A program made the translations under genes and the position numbers. The notes beneath the pieces were generated by a model. The model did not search any database. It was not told the DNA's origin and saw nothing but the letters and a program-made list of their open reading frames with translations. From the human T2T-CHM13v2.0 reference genome, Homo sapiens, in assembly GCF_009914755.1 (NCBI RefSeq), contig NC_060936.1: a stretch of DNA of 64,000 bases. One strand, given 5' to 3'. Shown in pieces: positions 33,401-51,001 of this stretch. The stretch's first letter is position 1. Every line of letters starts with the position of its first letter.

Positions 33401-35849
33401 ACATTTCGCTCAGATTTGCATTCTCAATCCAATTGTACCAGTAACACAATTTTGTATAAAATCCAAACCATCAGGAAAGAAAAATTAAAACAGTCTTTCA
33501 CACTCTGCATACTAACTCTGAGATAAATTAGGAAACATGAAAGCATGCAGATATTGGAGGGTTGTCTCCCACACAGTAAGCATCCTCTCTCAGGGCTAAC
33601 CATACCGCACAGCTTCAGGAGAGGACCATTCGTATGACAGTCTGCATAAATGGCGCCTCTTGAAGTTATACAGTGAAATACTTTGGATTAAAAAATAAAA
33701 CTTCAATTTAGCAGTTGCAAAGATCAACTTTATTATTACCTAACCCATGGAAAATGGATTACACATATGATAATTTTAATGAAATCAAAATGTTATTTAC
33801 CCAAAACATCCCATTTTGCTATCCACTGTCGGTAAATGAGCATTCATTGTGCTTTCACAAAATCTATGCCTCACTTCAGAGAGTTATATTTAATGTTATC
33901 TATTTTGTGAAACAAATACATAAATGAACTTTGTTTCGTTTATGAAACGAACAAACCATTTTCCCACACACTAGGAAGACATTCAATCTTTTTATGTTTA
34001 TGGTGAAGCAGCATCTTTGCAAAGTCAGAAAACAGTAATAACCAACACTACATAAGGCTCAGTATTACGTTAGGGTCTGTTCTTTACATTCTAATCCTTC
34101 CAATTACCATAGAGCTAGATTAGTATATTAAGCAGATAAAGAAGCAGAGAGGTCAAATGAGGTTGCCCAAGCTAATATTTGGCAGAGCTAGAAATCAAAC
34201 TCAAGAGTCTGGCCTCAGATTCTTTGTTCCTGCCATACATAAACATACATTTCATATTCCCTAAATCAGTGTTTTGCTCTAGAGAATTAGGAAGTAAGGC
34301 TCTCTGAGCCATAAAACATTATTTTAGTCATGAAAAGCAGCATTTCTACCATCTTGAAAGTCAATTGTCAATTAAGAGGTCAGCAAAAGACTACAGTAGG
34401 AATGAACCTTCTGTAAGCCATCCCTTACACACTTTGCTACCTTACTGTCTCTCCAACTAAACTAGTTCCTAGAGATCAAGGCCTGTGTCTAACATTTGCA
34501 GACCCAATGTTGGACACCAGTGTGTCTTGCATTTCTTACTGGTTAATGAACAGATCAACTGCAGAACTACCTGAGACCAACCCCACAGAGTAAGGAAAAC
34601 CACTGACTGGGTTAAAAGGAAATTCAAGAACTTCCAAAAATAGTAGGCCTAGCCAAGCAGTGACTGCAAAGAGCAGGAGTATGCAGAAAAAAAGACTTGC
34701 AAGACTCCAAACCGAATCTTTACAAACTATTTCACACGTCTGTCCAAAAGCCTTAGCTTTGACACTATTCCTACAGGTCATACACTTAAATGGACCAATT
34801 ACGAAGCACCAGAGATACCAGCCTTATCACTTCTTTTGCCCCTCTAGGCAGCTTCAACAATCTAATAAGCATTTTCCTCAATTTAAAAAAGTGATCATTG
34901 CCTCAATAATCACGAGTTGACATATTAAAGATGATTCTTTCCCCTACCTCAAGGTTTTGGGAAGAATCTGAAATGAAACAGCTTGGTTAGGGACTTTAAT
35001 ATTTCACAGATTATCAATTAGGTCTGAAATTTGAACAGTCTTAAGAGATCCAGCTGGAGTAAATAACTCAGCAGATTTTTTACTCTTCTGTGATTTCAGA
35101 TTATCTCGTCCTGCACTACTAAGCCAGAAGAGGAAATGATCCAGACAACTCAGATTTTAATGTAACTGAAATAAGCACAAACTTACACACTAGGGCTGAT
35201 GTATTACAATAGAGTACGATGGACAATAATACTGGGTCAAATTCATCCACTTCATGTGGACAGCTTGAGTCTCCGAAAGAATGCGACAATACATTCAAAG
35301 AACATAAATGCTGGAATCAGTTCTTGCTAGCAACACGAGCCAGCAATGTTATTATGTGAAACTGCATCCAAAAAAAAAAAAAAAAAAGCTACAAAGTCAT
35401 AAAAATAGCCCTGAGAATAACTAATTTGAATAGTGTAAGTAAACAGTTTTCTTGAGGAAGGAAATCGGGTGGCTGGAACACAGGTAGGAGACACCCTGCA
35501 AGTCAAACAAGCTTAATCAAAACAAGAGCTAAAAAAACCCTATAAAACCCCTAATCTGACAAGTCTGAAGTCAAGCCACATACTGCCACATCTCAAGGGC
35601 TTCTTACCCATCCCTATCTATCCTGGGCTGGGCCAGGCCAGGCAGTTTTCTAAAAAATCTCTGCCTTAGGAAACTAGTAAGTCAGATATAAAGTCAATCA
35701 ATGTCTCTCACTTTCCTTCTACACTTTTGTGATTCTGGAGGTAGGACTCTGCCAGGGGCTCCTAGTTTAAGTCTGCAGATAAGGGAGTGTTAAGGGAAAA
35801 CTGCGAGAGACGACAGTGCTGTCTCCCCTCTCATGGGTGCATCAGCAGA

Positions 35850-36258
<409 letters not shown>

Positions 36259-36399
36259 TAAAGCAATGCAGGCTTCACATGTGACTAGTTTTATGAGAGC
36301 CAATACAGATTACCTATCTCCTAAAAATTCTACCTTGCTTCCCTTCAGCACTATCACTTTTTAAAAGGTTTTATTTAGAAAACACTTCAGGTAAAATAT

Positions 36400-36748
36400 T
36401 TACAAAGGAATGAAGTACTAATACATGCTACAATATACATGAACCTTGAAAACATGCTAAATGAAAGAAGCCAGAAAGAAAAGGCCACATATTGTATAAT
36501 TCCATTTATATGAAGTGTGTACAATAGGAAAATCCATAGAATTGGAAAGCAGATAAATGGTTGCCAGGGGTTGAAGGTAGAGTGACTGCTAATGAGCACA
36601 GGGTTTTTCTTTTTGGGGTGACAAAAATCTTCTGGAATTAGCAAGTGATGATGTTGTACTACTTTGTGAATACATGAAAAAACCACTAAACTGTACACTT
36701 TGAGTGGGTGAATTTTATGGTATGAGAATTATACCTCAAAAAAATAAA
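36400..36748 (+). mobile_element. Old L1M (L1MB-like) 3' end
   Basis: aaaggaatgaagtactaatacatgctacaa...gaattatacctcaaaaaaataaa. Confidence 0.8.
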
Positions 36749-38053
36749 TGAAGCATTTGAGTTTTCCTTCAATATTCAGTGAGATTTTGGAATCTTACCG
36801 ATGAATTAGAGATTGGAATAGTAAAAGTAAGTGAAGGGAAAATAAATATCTATTACTTGACTATTTAGTATATAACATATTCACAGCATGTTAACAGAGT
36901 TTTCAGTTTTTTGAGATAGGATCTTGCTCTGTCGCCCAGGCTAGAGTATAGTGACACAATCTTGGCTCACTGCCGCCTCAACCTCCCAGGCTCAAGTGAT
37001 CCTCCCATTTCACCCTCCCAACTAGTAGCTGGGACTACAGACATGTGCCACCACACCTGGCTAATTTTTGTATTTTTTTGTAGACATGGGGCTTCTTCAT
37101 GTTGCCCAGGCTTTTCTCAAATTCTTGGGCTCAAGCAATCTACTTGCTTCAGCCTCCCAAAGTGCTGGGATCACAGACATGAGCCACCGCACCCAGCCAA
37201 CAGAAATTTTAGTAATGAATATATATTCATGGACTACACTTCTGAAGAAAAGAAACTTCAAGTTAAAAGATTACTTTTGAAGCTAAGTATCTGTGATCCA
37301 AGCATAGACATGCTGACTCAAGTTACACAGTCTTAGTTCAAATATCTCCTGGGTCTGGTATGTCGACATTCTACTCCCCCTTTTCTACTTATGCTTCAAA
37401 ATTCAGCTCAAATATCATCCTCTAAAAACCTTTCCCTAAACCAACCTTGAGGGTTTTCCAGGCCAGTCTGTCACTTCTTTGGTGTTCCCATTGATGCCTT
37501 TGTATTCAATATACAAAGCAGTGCTAGCTGTATGATTTTACTTTTGTCTCCCATTCTACCCATCTTTGCATTGAAGCCAAGCACACATATGACCAGTGTT
37601 TCTGCAAAGTGTACACTAAAATCATAAGCAGCTCTTAAAACAACAAAAATATGTTGGGCTGGCAATGTTAAATTTACAAACTTCCCCAGATAATTCCAAT
37701 GTATAACCATGAACTAAGTACTCAGACTAGAAACAAGTGTTCAGAGAAAATAGCCCATAGATTCTTGTCTTGGCATCCTTGCCAATACATCAGCAGCCCT
37801 GCCAATTAAACTAGGAGAAGAAATAGGCAAGGTCTGGCCAAGTACTTCTCTAAGCACAGTCAGTGCTGGCCCCTGAACAGAACTTGCAGCACTTTTAGTT
37901 TAACCCTTACCTGAACCACAACAATAAAGACAGGGTCCTGGACAGTGCACTTTATTTGAAAAAGTGTAGGCCAGGCGCGGTGGCTCATGCCTGTAATCCC
38001 AGCACTTTTGGAGGCTGAGGCGGGCGGATCACGAGGTCAGGAGTTCAAGATCA

Positions 38054-38326
<273 letters not shown>

Positions 38327-38389
38327 TTAGACTTACTGAGAAAAAAAATTCTCGTTTAAAATTAGTCTGATTCAGTGGTACTTTAAATA

Positions 38390-39377
38390 CAGTCATGCGC
38401 TGTATGAGTTTCAGTCAATGATCAACTGCACAAAAGACAGTGGTCCCACAACATTATAATGGAACTGAAAAATTCCTATTGCCTAGTATTTACTATACTA
38501 TACTTTTATTGATTATTTTAGAGTGTATTCCTTCTGCTTGTTAAAAAAAAAAAAAAAAGTTGACTGTAAAACAGGTTCAGGCAGGTCCTTCAGGAGGTAT
38601 TCCAGAAGGCACTGTTGTCACAGGAGATGACAGCTCCATGTGTGTTACTGCCCCTGAAGACCTTCGAGTAGGACAAGAGGAGCTGGAAGACAGTGATACT
38701 GCTGATCCTGAATAGGCCTAATATGTGTGTGTATGTCTTAGTTTTTCACAAAAAAGTTTTTTTAAAAAAGATTGTAAGAGAAAAAAGCTTATAGGATATA
38801 AAGAAAATATATTTTTGCACAGCTGTATGATGTGTGTTTTAAGCTAAATGTTAATACAAAAAAATCAAAAGTTTAAAAATATAAGTTTATAAAATAAAAA
38901 AGTTACAGTAAGCCAAGGCTTATTATTGAAGAAACATTTTAAAAATTTTTTTGGTGTAGCCTAAGTGTACAATGCTTATAAAGTCTATCGTAGTGTACAG
39001 TAATGTCCTAGCCCTTCAAATCCACTCACCACTCACTCACCCAGGGCAACTTCCAGTCCTGCAAGCTTCCTTCATGGTTAAGTGCCCTATACAGGTATAC
39101 CATTTTTTATCTTTTATACCAGATTTTTACTGTACCTTTCCTATTTTGATACACACATACTTACCACTGCATTACAACTGCCTACAGTATTAAGTACAGT
39201 AACATATTAAACAGGTTTGTAGCCTAGGATCAACAGACTATACAACATAGCCTAGGTGTGTAGCATGCTACACTATCTAGGTTTGTATAAATATACTCTA
39301 TGATGTTCACACAATGATGAAATTGCCTATGGTGCATTTCTCAGAAAGTAACTCCATCGTTAAGTGATTCAAGACTG
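38390..39377. mobile_element. Tigger3 (Golem)-derived DNA transposon
   Basis: TA|cagtcatgcg ... gactg|TA terminal inverted repeats with TA target sites; internal caggcaggtccttcaggaggtattccagaag. Confidence 0.85.
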
Positions 39378-39724
39378 TATATTTTGCCGGTAAGAAAGAG
39401 CAGCAAAGAGTCCCTTCTCACCAGAACCACAAAATTCCTCAAATCCAGGACTGGCTGGGTGGGGAGGGGGAGGAAAAGAATATGCCATCCAGACCAGAGG
39501 CATTCCATCTTAAAGTGAACTATGTTACTAAACAGGGTCTCATGTTTGTAGGAAAGCCTCTAATTAAATTACAATAAAGAGACTTCTGATTAAAAAAAAC
39601 CAAGAAAAGCGGCAGGCTCAGTGGCTCACGCCTGTAATCCCAACACTGTGGGAGGCTGAGACAGGAGGATCACTTGAGCCCAGGAGTTCAAAACCAGCCT
39701 GAGCAACATAGGGAGACCCTGTCT

Positions 39725-39793
39725 CTATGTAATATATATTATATATGTATATATATTTTATATTGTACATAATATATATTTTATATATATATA
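39725..39793. repeat. (TA)n-rich low-complexity tract in an Alu linker
   Basis: tatgtaatatatattatatatgtatatata... Confidence 0.85.
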
Positions 39794-39944
39794 AAAAATT
39801 TTTTTAAATTAGTTGGGGATGGTAGTGCATGCCTGTGATCCCAGCTACTCGGGATGCTGAGGCTGCAGTGAGCCATGATCATGCCTGGGCAACACAGTGA
39901 GACCCTATCTTAAAAAAAAAAACACAGCCAAGCGCAGTGGCTCA

Positions 39945-40261
<317 letters not shown>

Positions 40262-43110
40262 CTAAGCACTTAGATCCTGTTCTTAAACATGTTTCCACTT
40301 CATGTGTCCAAATGATACAGTATAAAAATACATGCACTGCCAGTTATTATCTAGGAATAGACATGTTCTTCAGTATCCACAGTCTACAGAATCAGACCAC
40401 CTGGGTTCAAATCATAGCTCTAGAAACTAATAAGTCCCTCTGTGCAGGTTCCCATAGCTATAAAATAGGAATGATACTAATATCCACACATCATAAAACT
40501 GCAATTAGAATTAAGTAAATTAATGCACGTAACATGCTTAGAACAGTGCCTGGTACACGATGCCAATGAAAGATGTCTATTTTTACATAATAAAAACTAT
40601 ATGACCAACCTCACTTCAGGAACAGCTGCCACACTGCATGCTAGTGAATAGTTCACAGACTAAATATGAATTTCATAATTAGAAACACTTTGTTTGCCTA
40701 ACAATTCTTGATGCCAACTCTTTGAACACAGTCATTAAACAGTAATAATTATTTTTGATGAGACCCTGATTCTATTATCCATCACATACTATATTTCTAG
40801 ATGATGCCATGCTTTCTGTCTCTCCTTCCAGCTTTCATATCTGCTGCCCCATGTGCCAAAAACTCACTCACACTCCCTCCTTCTCTTGGCCCAGCAAACT
40901 CTTACTCTTCAAGTTTAAAAACACTTCCTCGGCTGGGCGCGGTGGCTCCTGCCTGTAATCCCAGCACTCTGGGAGGCTGAGGCGGGCGGATCACGAGGTC
41001 AGGAGTTTGAGACCAGCCTGACCAACATGGTGAAACCCTGTCTCTACTAAAAATACCAAAATTAGCCGGGTGTGGTGGCGTGCACCTGTAATCCCAGCTA
41101 CTCAGGAGGCTGAGGCAGGAGAATTGCTTGAACCCGGGAGGCAGAGGTTGCAGTGAGCCAAGTCACGTCACTGCATTCCAGCCTGGGCCACAGAAATTTG
41201 TTTCATGACTGTGTTTTCCATTACACAGGGATGCCTTTCTTGTTCACCTGGCTTACTGGTAAATGCATATTATGCATTCAATGAATGTCCAATTAATTGA
41301 ACTGAAAAAAAATCTCATGAATGGATAATAAGAGACACGCAAATCACAAGGTTACAGAAAACTGAAATTTGGCCTTGGGATCGGCCTATGTTACTAAAAC
41401 CACTTTGTCCCTGCCTCATAGTAAGATGGTAATCTAGTTGTCTTTAAGAGTCACAAAAAAAAAAAAACAAAACAAAACAGCTACTTACTAACATTTTCCC
41501 GAGTATAAGCTATAATCTTAAGAAAGTTACAGAGCAATAAAAAAATCACCAATGGTTTCATGATATAAATTTGTTAGTTCTTTCTAGTGTTTCCTTAACT
41601 ACAATGCCTTCAATCCCTAGAACTGTAAAGACTTTCAAAATATAAATTCATTTGCCCAAAATTAACCAAACTGACAGAGACATAATGTGAAGGTATTGAA
41701 AACTAAAAAAAAAATTGAAAATCTAAAGACAACATAGCCAGTTGTTTTAATGCAAAATATGTCAACCTTAGATTCTGAAACCAGTATCTAAAATTACTTT
41801 AAATTACAGTAGAATCCTAATTATTCAGAAGCATCTCAGTTACTGGCCAATTCAAAACCAAAAATGTCTGTGCCTAAGTACTCAAGAAATTTTAGAATAG
41901 CTTCATTCAGGTTTTTTTTTTTTTTTTTTTGAGACGGAGTCTTGCTCTGTTGCCCAGGCTGGAGTGCAGTGGGGTGATCTCCGCTCACTGCAAGCTCTGC
42001 TGCTCCCGGGTTCACACCATTCTCCTGCCTCAGCCTCCCGACTAGCTGGGACTACAGGCACCCACCACCACGCCCAGCTAATTTTTTTGTATTTTTAGTA
42101 GAGACGGGGTTTCACCATGTTAGCCAGGATGGTCTCGATCTCCTGACCTTGTGATCCTCCTGCCTCGGCCTCCCAAAGTGCTGGGATTACAGGCGTGAGC
42201 CACCGCGCCTGGCCAGGATTTTTAAAAAATATAAAATGCCCCCAATGGTGTCATGTAGCCCTTGAAAGAATGAATAATAATGAAGTATTTCTGTTGATTC
42301 TGAGGGCTCTTAACCAATTATCCAGTTCTTCCAACCACACAGTCATGTTTCTGCCACAAAAGACCCTAGGGCCATCAATCACTTCACTTGGGAAGAAATT
42401 TTAAAAGCTGCTAAGATTTTAGCTGAAGTTAAAAGATTCCCTATTATTTAATTGCCTAATTGGTATATCCACATTCATTCCTTCATATATTACATTTGCA
42501 AAGAAAATTTCAACTCTAATGAAACAACAGTCCAACTCGTTTTTCGCATACACACATAAGAATTCTTTTCCTTGATATAATATTATTACATAAACTATGC
42601 CTCTCATATTTATTTTGTTTTTAGAAAGCAGCACTGTATAAGATACGAATTTGGCACCTAAATCAGAACTCTGATTACTATAATTGTAATGTCAAAAGCC
42701 CCTGCTGGATGCTGCTGTCCTCATTTCCTTGTTTCTAGTATTTATTTCTATAGCACATATGCATCCATAGTTCATTATAACAGAAAACATAATGTGTGTT
42801 CAGAATCCATACAACTTGAATCTGTAGCATATTTTCTTCTTAAATCCATTTACACAGGTAAACTATCCTATAAGGTATAGGGAAAAAAGAAGAAGAACCG
42901 AATTGTACATCAGGAATCTGGTCATCCAACTTCTTTGGCCTACAAATTCCTCACCAGAGAAAGAAAAGGATAGAACAGATGTTCTCTAATGTGTAAAACT
43001 CTGGTGGCTCACTCCCGTAGTCCCAGCACTTTAGGAGGCCGAGGTGGGTGGATCACGAGGTCAGGAGATTGAAACCATCCTGGCCAACATGGTGAAACCC
43101 GTCTCTACTA

Positions 43111-43302
<192 letters not shown>

Positions 43303-43872
43303 TCATTAACACGTGTGGAAAAAATTCCAAACTTGAGCAAAGCAAATGCATAACATTTCCAGTCACAGTCATTTAGCACAGTGAATACTAAAGTACTTGA
43401 TAATTTGACAAAACTTAATTTCACTTGTGCAGGAGTTGATCAATCTGGACTAAAGGAACTGCTTGACACAGAGGAGCTTAAAAAAGAATACTGAACTGAC
43501 TGCTATTTTTAACTTACTTTCAGTTATGCTCACATTTCATAATCAAAACATTAGATAGTATATTAAAACAGTATCTTTAGAGCCTGAAAGTTTAATCACT
43601 ATCAAAAGCAGTTCAAGGATTCTTAACATGGAGCACATGGAGACCTAGGGAATCCACAAATAAACTTGGCAAGAATCTGAATCCCCAGAAGTCATACGTT
43701 AAAAAAAATAGCTTTTTTTCCTAGGAAGAGGTCAGAAAATTCTTAAGTGAGACAACTGAAAGAACTAAAGAACCACTGTTCCTAGTCAAATTTTTTACAA
43801 GTTTTTTCTTAAATTCCAAAGGTGATTTTAATTACAACTTATAACAAATCTGTCTTCATCATCATGAGTTTG

Positions 43873-43903
<31 letters not shown>

Positions 43904-44153
43904 GAGACAGGGTCTTGCCTCTATTACCCAGGCTGGGGTGCAGTGGTGCCACTAATAGCTCACTGCAGCCCCGGCCTCCTGGATTCAAGGGATCTTCCTG
44001 CCTCAGTCTTCTGTTAGGATTACTGCATGAACCACCATACCTGGCTAAGTTTCCCTGCCCCCACCTGGAGGTACATATATTTCTGAAACATCATGGTAAC
44101 TTTTCCATGCCTTTTTTTAATTGGAAGAAAACATTATCAGACAAGTATTTTCA

Positions 44154-44453
<300 letters not shown>

Positions 44454-44456
44454 TCA

Positions 44457-44606
<150 letters not shown>

Positions 44607-45248
44607 TCAAATAAATAAAAGGTGAGTTTTCTAAATCACTTTTCTTACAAAAAAAAATACCTTATGCACTAGAATACCTATCAAATGAGTGGCTTTTAAA
44701 CAGTAACAGGAAAAAATGTGTGTACTTCAAAAAATCCTATTAAAAAAGTAAACTCAAGTCTCAATGTAAAATCAGACTGTATCTGATTTTTAAGAATTTG
44801 AGGCTAAATCACACCAAATAGAAGAGTAAATTTTTCCACTGCACTTCAGCCTGGGTGACAGAGACCCTGTTTCAAAAAATTAATTAAATGTATTTTCTTA
44901 AGTAAATTTTTAAGCACCATAGACAAGGGACCAGTGGGGAAGGGAGACATAAAGTAAATTCTGCGAAAGACTGGTAAAATTCTAATTCCAGCAGGTTGAC
45001 TCACTAGGTTTTAATCAAATAAGTCAACCCCTAGGGTAAGTTAACTACTTTTTCCCAAGACTGTATTTTATCATTTTCATTATTATCATTATTACTATTT
45101 TGAGACAGGGTTTCACTCTGTCGCCCAGGCTGGAGTGCAGTGGCGCGATCTAGGCTCACTGCAGCCTCAACTTCCTGGGCCAAACCAATCCTCCCACCTG
45201 TCTCCTGAGTAGCTGGGACTACAGATGTGTGCCACAACACCTGGCTAA

Positions 45249-45389
<141 letters not shown>

Positions 45390-46496
45390 TGATTAATTCT
45401 GAAAAGACCATTAAAGGAATGTCAGTCACTGTATCAACGTAACATGTAAAGCTGAAACAGATTTGGTTTTGACCAAGGCCATAACTATAGATCTCACTTA
45501 TCGGTTCCCGAAAGTGATTCTCCTTTATGACAGGATTATGCAGAACCTCTCATTTGAGGGACATTTTAGGTACCTCCTAACCTTTATGACTTTAAGCTTT
45601 AACTGCTCACTTTTTTTTTTTTGGTGGAGATGGAGATCTCACTATGTTCCTCAGGCTGGTCTCAACTCCTGGCTTCAAGCAATCCTTGGGCCTCAGTCTC
45701 CCAAAGAGCTGTTATTACAGGTGTGAACCACCATGCCCAGCTTCAGTCACTTTTATTGGCTAAAAGAGCTTTGGTCCAGAAGATAAGGCAGAAAAACGAA
45801 ACTAAAGATTCTAGCTTAAAACAGAACTACTAAGACTCAATATCACTCACACTTGTGCAAAATGCCATACATACAAAACTTCGTTACAGCATTTTTTATA
45901 TAGCACAATTTAGGAAACATTCTGAAAGTTATGAATAAGCAATTAGTTACAATAAAGTCTAGGCCAGGCACGGTGGTTCATGCCTGTTAACCCTAGCACT
46001 TTGGGAGGCCGAGGTGGAAGAATCACTTGAGCCTAGGAGCTCGAGAACAGCCTAGGCAACATGGCAAGACCCCATCTCTACTGAAAAAGTATTAAATTTC
46101 CAATATTTGAAAAAATAAAATAAAGTCTAACCATAAGGTTCCATTAAACAGCCCTTTGAGAAAAAAAAAAGAGCCAAAGCAGAACACTATGATGCATGTC
46201 TGTAATCCCAGATACTGGAGGCTGAAGGTAGAGATCACCTGATATTAGGAATTCGAGGCTGTATGTATATAGTGTACTATGATCACGCCTGTGAAAAGCC
46301 ACTGCACTCCAGCCTGGGCAACAAAGCAGCAGTCTGTCTCTTAAAAAAAAAAAAAAGTCAACTTGAAGATACATAGGTGGTTAGAGGGGAAGAGAAGGGA
46401 ATCAAGGTATTTGCATGAGAAGGAGAAGACGCCTAACTTATAGCAGAAAGTTGCTCTGGTCTTCTTGTAAGGATACACAATAAAAATAGTGGTTGA

Positions 46497-46598
<102 letters not shown>

Positions 46599-46664
46599 TG
46601 AAACCCCATCTCTACTAAAAATTAGCCAGGTGTGGTGGCACATGCCTGCAGTCTCAGCTACTTA

Positions 46665-46859
<195 letters not shown>

Positions 46860-47089
46860 TCAGAGCCTTTCAAATGTGCTCTATGTGTGCATTTCCTAGT
46901 TAATAAAAAAAGATACATAAGCAGAGTAGGCACACAAAAAAGAAATAATGTAAAAGATTGATGTCCTTTTTAAGTGAGCTTATGGGTGGAAAACGAGACT
47001 AGCTTTAACTTTTAGCTCAGACATTGGTTCAGACAGAATATACCAAGGAGTAACAATGTCAAATTATTGCTCATTGAGATTAAGGCTCA

Positions 47090-47840
47090 TCTATTCAGTT
47101 AGTCTATTAATATTTCAGTATCTACTATGTGCCAAGGATTGGTCTAGGCACGAATGAGCAATGCCCGGGATATCCAAGAGTCCCTAACTTCATGAAGGTT
47201 TAATGGGGAATAGAGAGAAATAAACAGTAAATAACATAACTTCGAACAGTAATAAGCACTTATACAGAAGAAAGGGAGATAGGAGGATAAAATTGTGGGG
47301 GAGGAAAAAGGGAAACTGGTTTATACGGGACAGGTTAGGTAGAGGGTATGACATATGAGCTAAGAACGGAACAACTGGACAAAGCAAGCAATGCAACAAA
47401 CTGGAGGAAAGTCCTGTGACTGGAATAAGCTCAACCACTTATTGTTCAGGGTACAGCAAAGCAACAGTGTGGCTACAGTGGAGTGACCCAGAGAGAGAAG
47501 TGCAGATGCGCTCAGAAGTAGGCATCCCAAATGAATGCAGGGCCTTATAGCTAAGGGGTGGGGGGGAAGGCAAGATTCTAATGTAAGTGTGATGGAGAAC
47601 CTCTACAGTTTTTAGCAGGGGAGTAACATGGTCTATATTTTAAGAAGATAACACTAGCTGCTGCTCCAAAGTAGGCTAATACAGGAGGCCAGGCAGTAAA
47701 TGATGGAAGTGAACAGAGGTTTGAAAGACAGGGGGGAAAGTGTCTGATTTAGTACATATATTGAAAGCAGAACCTACAGAATTTGCTACTGGATTAGATA
47801 CAGGAATCTAAATGAGATAGCAACTGGGTGAATAGTAGTC
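47090..47840 (-). mobile_element. L2 LINE fragment
   Basis: tatttcagtatctactatgtgccaagg...ctaggc followed by a purine-rich L2-like body. Confidence 0.6.
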
Positions 47841-48179
47841 CAGAAAATCATCTTGTATTTGTAGTTAGTCATTTTACAGTAACAAGAGACAGGGGAATGT
47901 TACACTAATCAAGATCCAAATTCTGCCTCTTACCAGCTTTACCTTAGGAAAGTCATTTAAGTCAGTTTCTAGACTGCAAAATATATTGTCTAGTTCACAA
48001 AAATGTCTGTAAGAATCAAATGGTTAAGAAATCTACAAATGTAAATAGTGATCATTATAAGTTAGAAAGCATCATATTAACAGTCATGCAAATCAAGCCA
48101 CCTTATTTTAACATTTTCATTAGATGAGAATGCTAACACTGATGTTATATCAACACTAAATTTCATCCTTTGAAAGTCA

Positions 48180-48347
<168 letters not shown>

Positions 48348-50839
48348 CTATTGAAGAGGCTTAAGTGGGAGGATCATCTAAGACCAGGAGATCAAGGCTG
48401 TGGTAAGCCATGATCCTGCCACTGCACTGCAGCCTGGGAGCGGAGTGAGACGAGTCTCAAGAAAAGAAAACAGAAAGAAAAGAAGAAAGTCAAAGATCAC
48501 CCAGAAATAAAACAAATTAACAGTCCAATCAACAAAGTCATGTCCCTATTGCCTCAGGACAATACCGTTACCCCCATCCACCACACAGAAGTTTGTATAG
48601 TGATTGACAGAAAAGAGGCAACTTTTAAAAATAAATTCTGATTTTTTTTAAAGCATTGTCACTGATTATGGAACAACCTACATAACACAAGCATGGACAC
48701 TTTTAAAAATCTAGTCTTTTAGTCTTCTGTTTAAGGATTAGAGAAAACCATCCTTTTAAGCTATAAATGACACTAAACTAGTAAGATAAAACCCAAATCA
48801 AGGTGTCATTCATTAGATAGATGTTGTCAACAAGATACCGTAAAATTAAGATTATATATCACAGTATGAGTTACTACTGTCTTAGTTTCAACAGCAAAAT
48901 GTAAATGCCCAGTGTAAATTACTGTGTGCCAAATGGATTGAATCATGAGGACTTCAACTTATTGCCTTAAACCATTTCTGTAAATTTATAAACAAGGTTC
49001 CACAGAATTTATTTTTTCATCCAAGGCTTTCATATTACTGGGCATATCTTCATAATCAAAAATAGAAAAATGCGTGTTAAATGTTTAGTTCACTATGTAT
49101 TTCAGAGAATTATCATGAATGTCAACTTGCATTATGTACTTAGTCAATAACCTAAGTAACAACGAAAACAAGGATATTTGATGTATGGCTCTATCACTCC
49201 CTATTCATTTTTCAACTGGGGCCTCAATAAACATGACCTTTGGGGACCATGTGACTGCATTATAACTAAAACCACGTTGTACGGACCTGCCAATACATAT
49301 GACAATTAAAACTCCTTGGACAGAATCCTAGATAAATCCACACACAACAAATTTCGGACTATGAAGATTCACATTATTAGACTCCAGTGCTCCCTGACAA
49401 TCTGTTCTACTTCTCTCATTTCTAAGAATTTCTACCATACAAAAACGTCTTATTTCTCTACATCAGCACCCTTAGGTCAGTGACATCTCCCTCATCTCAG
49501 ATATATTTAAATGCAATTGGATGAAGCAGTATACAGTACATCATCCTCGAAGCCTAACAGGTCTTCCACTTAGTATGCATCTCCCCATAGATTTCACAAG
49601 AATGAGCAAGATTAACATACACGTTCACCAGGTTATATCAAGCAAAATGATGCTGCAATTGAGTCACTTTAACTGGCGCATTTAGTCACATAAATGTGCA
49701 ACTAATTTCCTTCATAAAAACCGACACAAAAATTTAAGGTTTAGTTGTTGTGATGACAAGGAATATCTCACGTCTGAAGACTTGTCGATATTTCCTTAAG
49801 ACTTTACAAAATCAAAGAATCGAAAATGTCATGGTTCCATACATACTTGTCAAAACACAGTATTCATAAACAGCCAATTAATAATTAAAACGCACAAAAT
49901 TGAGGGGCAAAAGATTTCACGAGATCCCCCACAGAGGCCAAGGTAGGAAGATCTCTGAAGCCAGGAGTTTTGGAAGCCGCCTGGGCACTATAGCGAGGCC
50001 TCATATCTACGAAAAAGAGAGGAGAGGAGAGAAGAGGAGAGAGAAAGAGAATCCCCCATAACTGCGGCCCTCCCCCAGCCTTGTGTTAAAACTATTTCCT
50101 CGGAACAGCTCTGAAAGAGTTTGCCAACCAGAGTAAAATCACTTCGCAGAGATAAACGAGCGGAAACGTATTCAGAAGAGAGAGATCGCGGAAGCAAGGG
50201 CAGCGGGGCGCGGGGCCCCCACGTCCCGGGACCCAGGCAGCCGCGGCAACCAGGGGCGAGCATGTGCTGACCGCGGCAGGACGCGCGGGCCTCCCAGAGC
50301 CACTTCCCGGGGCGCAGGGCCCCGCCCGGCCTGACCCTCCCGGTTCATTCATTCTGCACCCGCGGTTGCCGCACCTCCGCGGCCCCGTCGGGGCGGAGAA
50401 GAGGGGCTTGGCTGCCGAGGGACCTTGTCGGGCCACAATCCCCACCAGGCGCCCGAGCCCCGCCGCGATTCCCGCGCGCCCGCGGCCTCCGGCGGGGGGG
50501 TGGTCTCAGAAGCTATGGAGGCCCGCGCCCAAGCCCAGAGACCCCCAGCCTTGCCGCCCCACCCTCCGCCGGGGCGTGGGACAGCACTCCCTGGCCCGCC
50601 GGGCAGCCGCCTGGAAGCCCCGGGTCCCCGCTGTCCGGCTGCCCCGCCGCGGCCGGAAGTCTCCCCGGCGCCCCCTCCTCAGCACCCGACTTCCCTCGCC
50701 GCCGCGGCCAACCCCTCTCCGCGCCGCCTCGGGCCTCCCAGAGCGGGCCGCGGGCCGAAGGAGGCGAGAGGCCGCGCTGCCTGCCCAGCTGAGCCGACGA
50801 GAGCAGAGCGAAGAGCTGGAGGCCGGCCTGGGCGGTTAC

Positions 50840-50869
50840 CTTGATGATCCTGCGGGGCAGCCCGGCCAT
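50840..50869 (-). CDS. UBE2N: UBE2N exon 1 coding part (ubiquitin-conjugating enzyme E2 N / Ubc13, K63 chains)
   Basis: acaagATGGCC...ATCAAG|gtaacc = MAGLPRRIIK; followed by a phase-0 intron of about 30.6 kb. Confidence 0.97.
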
Positions 50870-51001
50870 CTTGTCAGAACCCGAGTTCGGCCTCTGGTCT
50901 CGTCTCCGGCTCCTCTCGCCTCACGCACGAGTGGAAGTCCCGGGCTCCACTTCCGGGGGACGTTGCCGCGCCCGTCGCCGCAGCCGCCGCCGAGGCCCCT
51001 C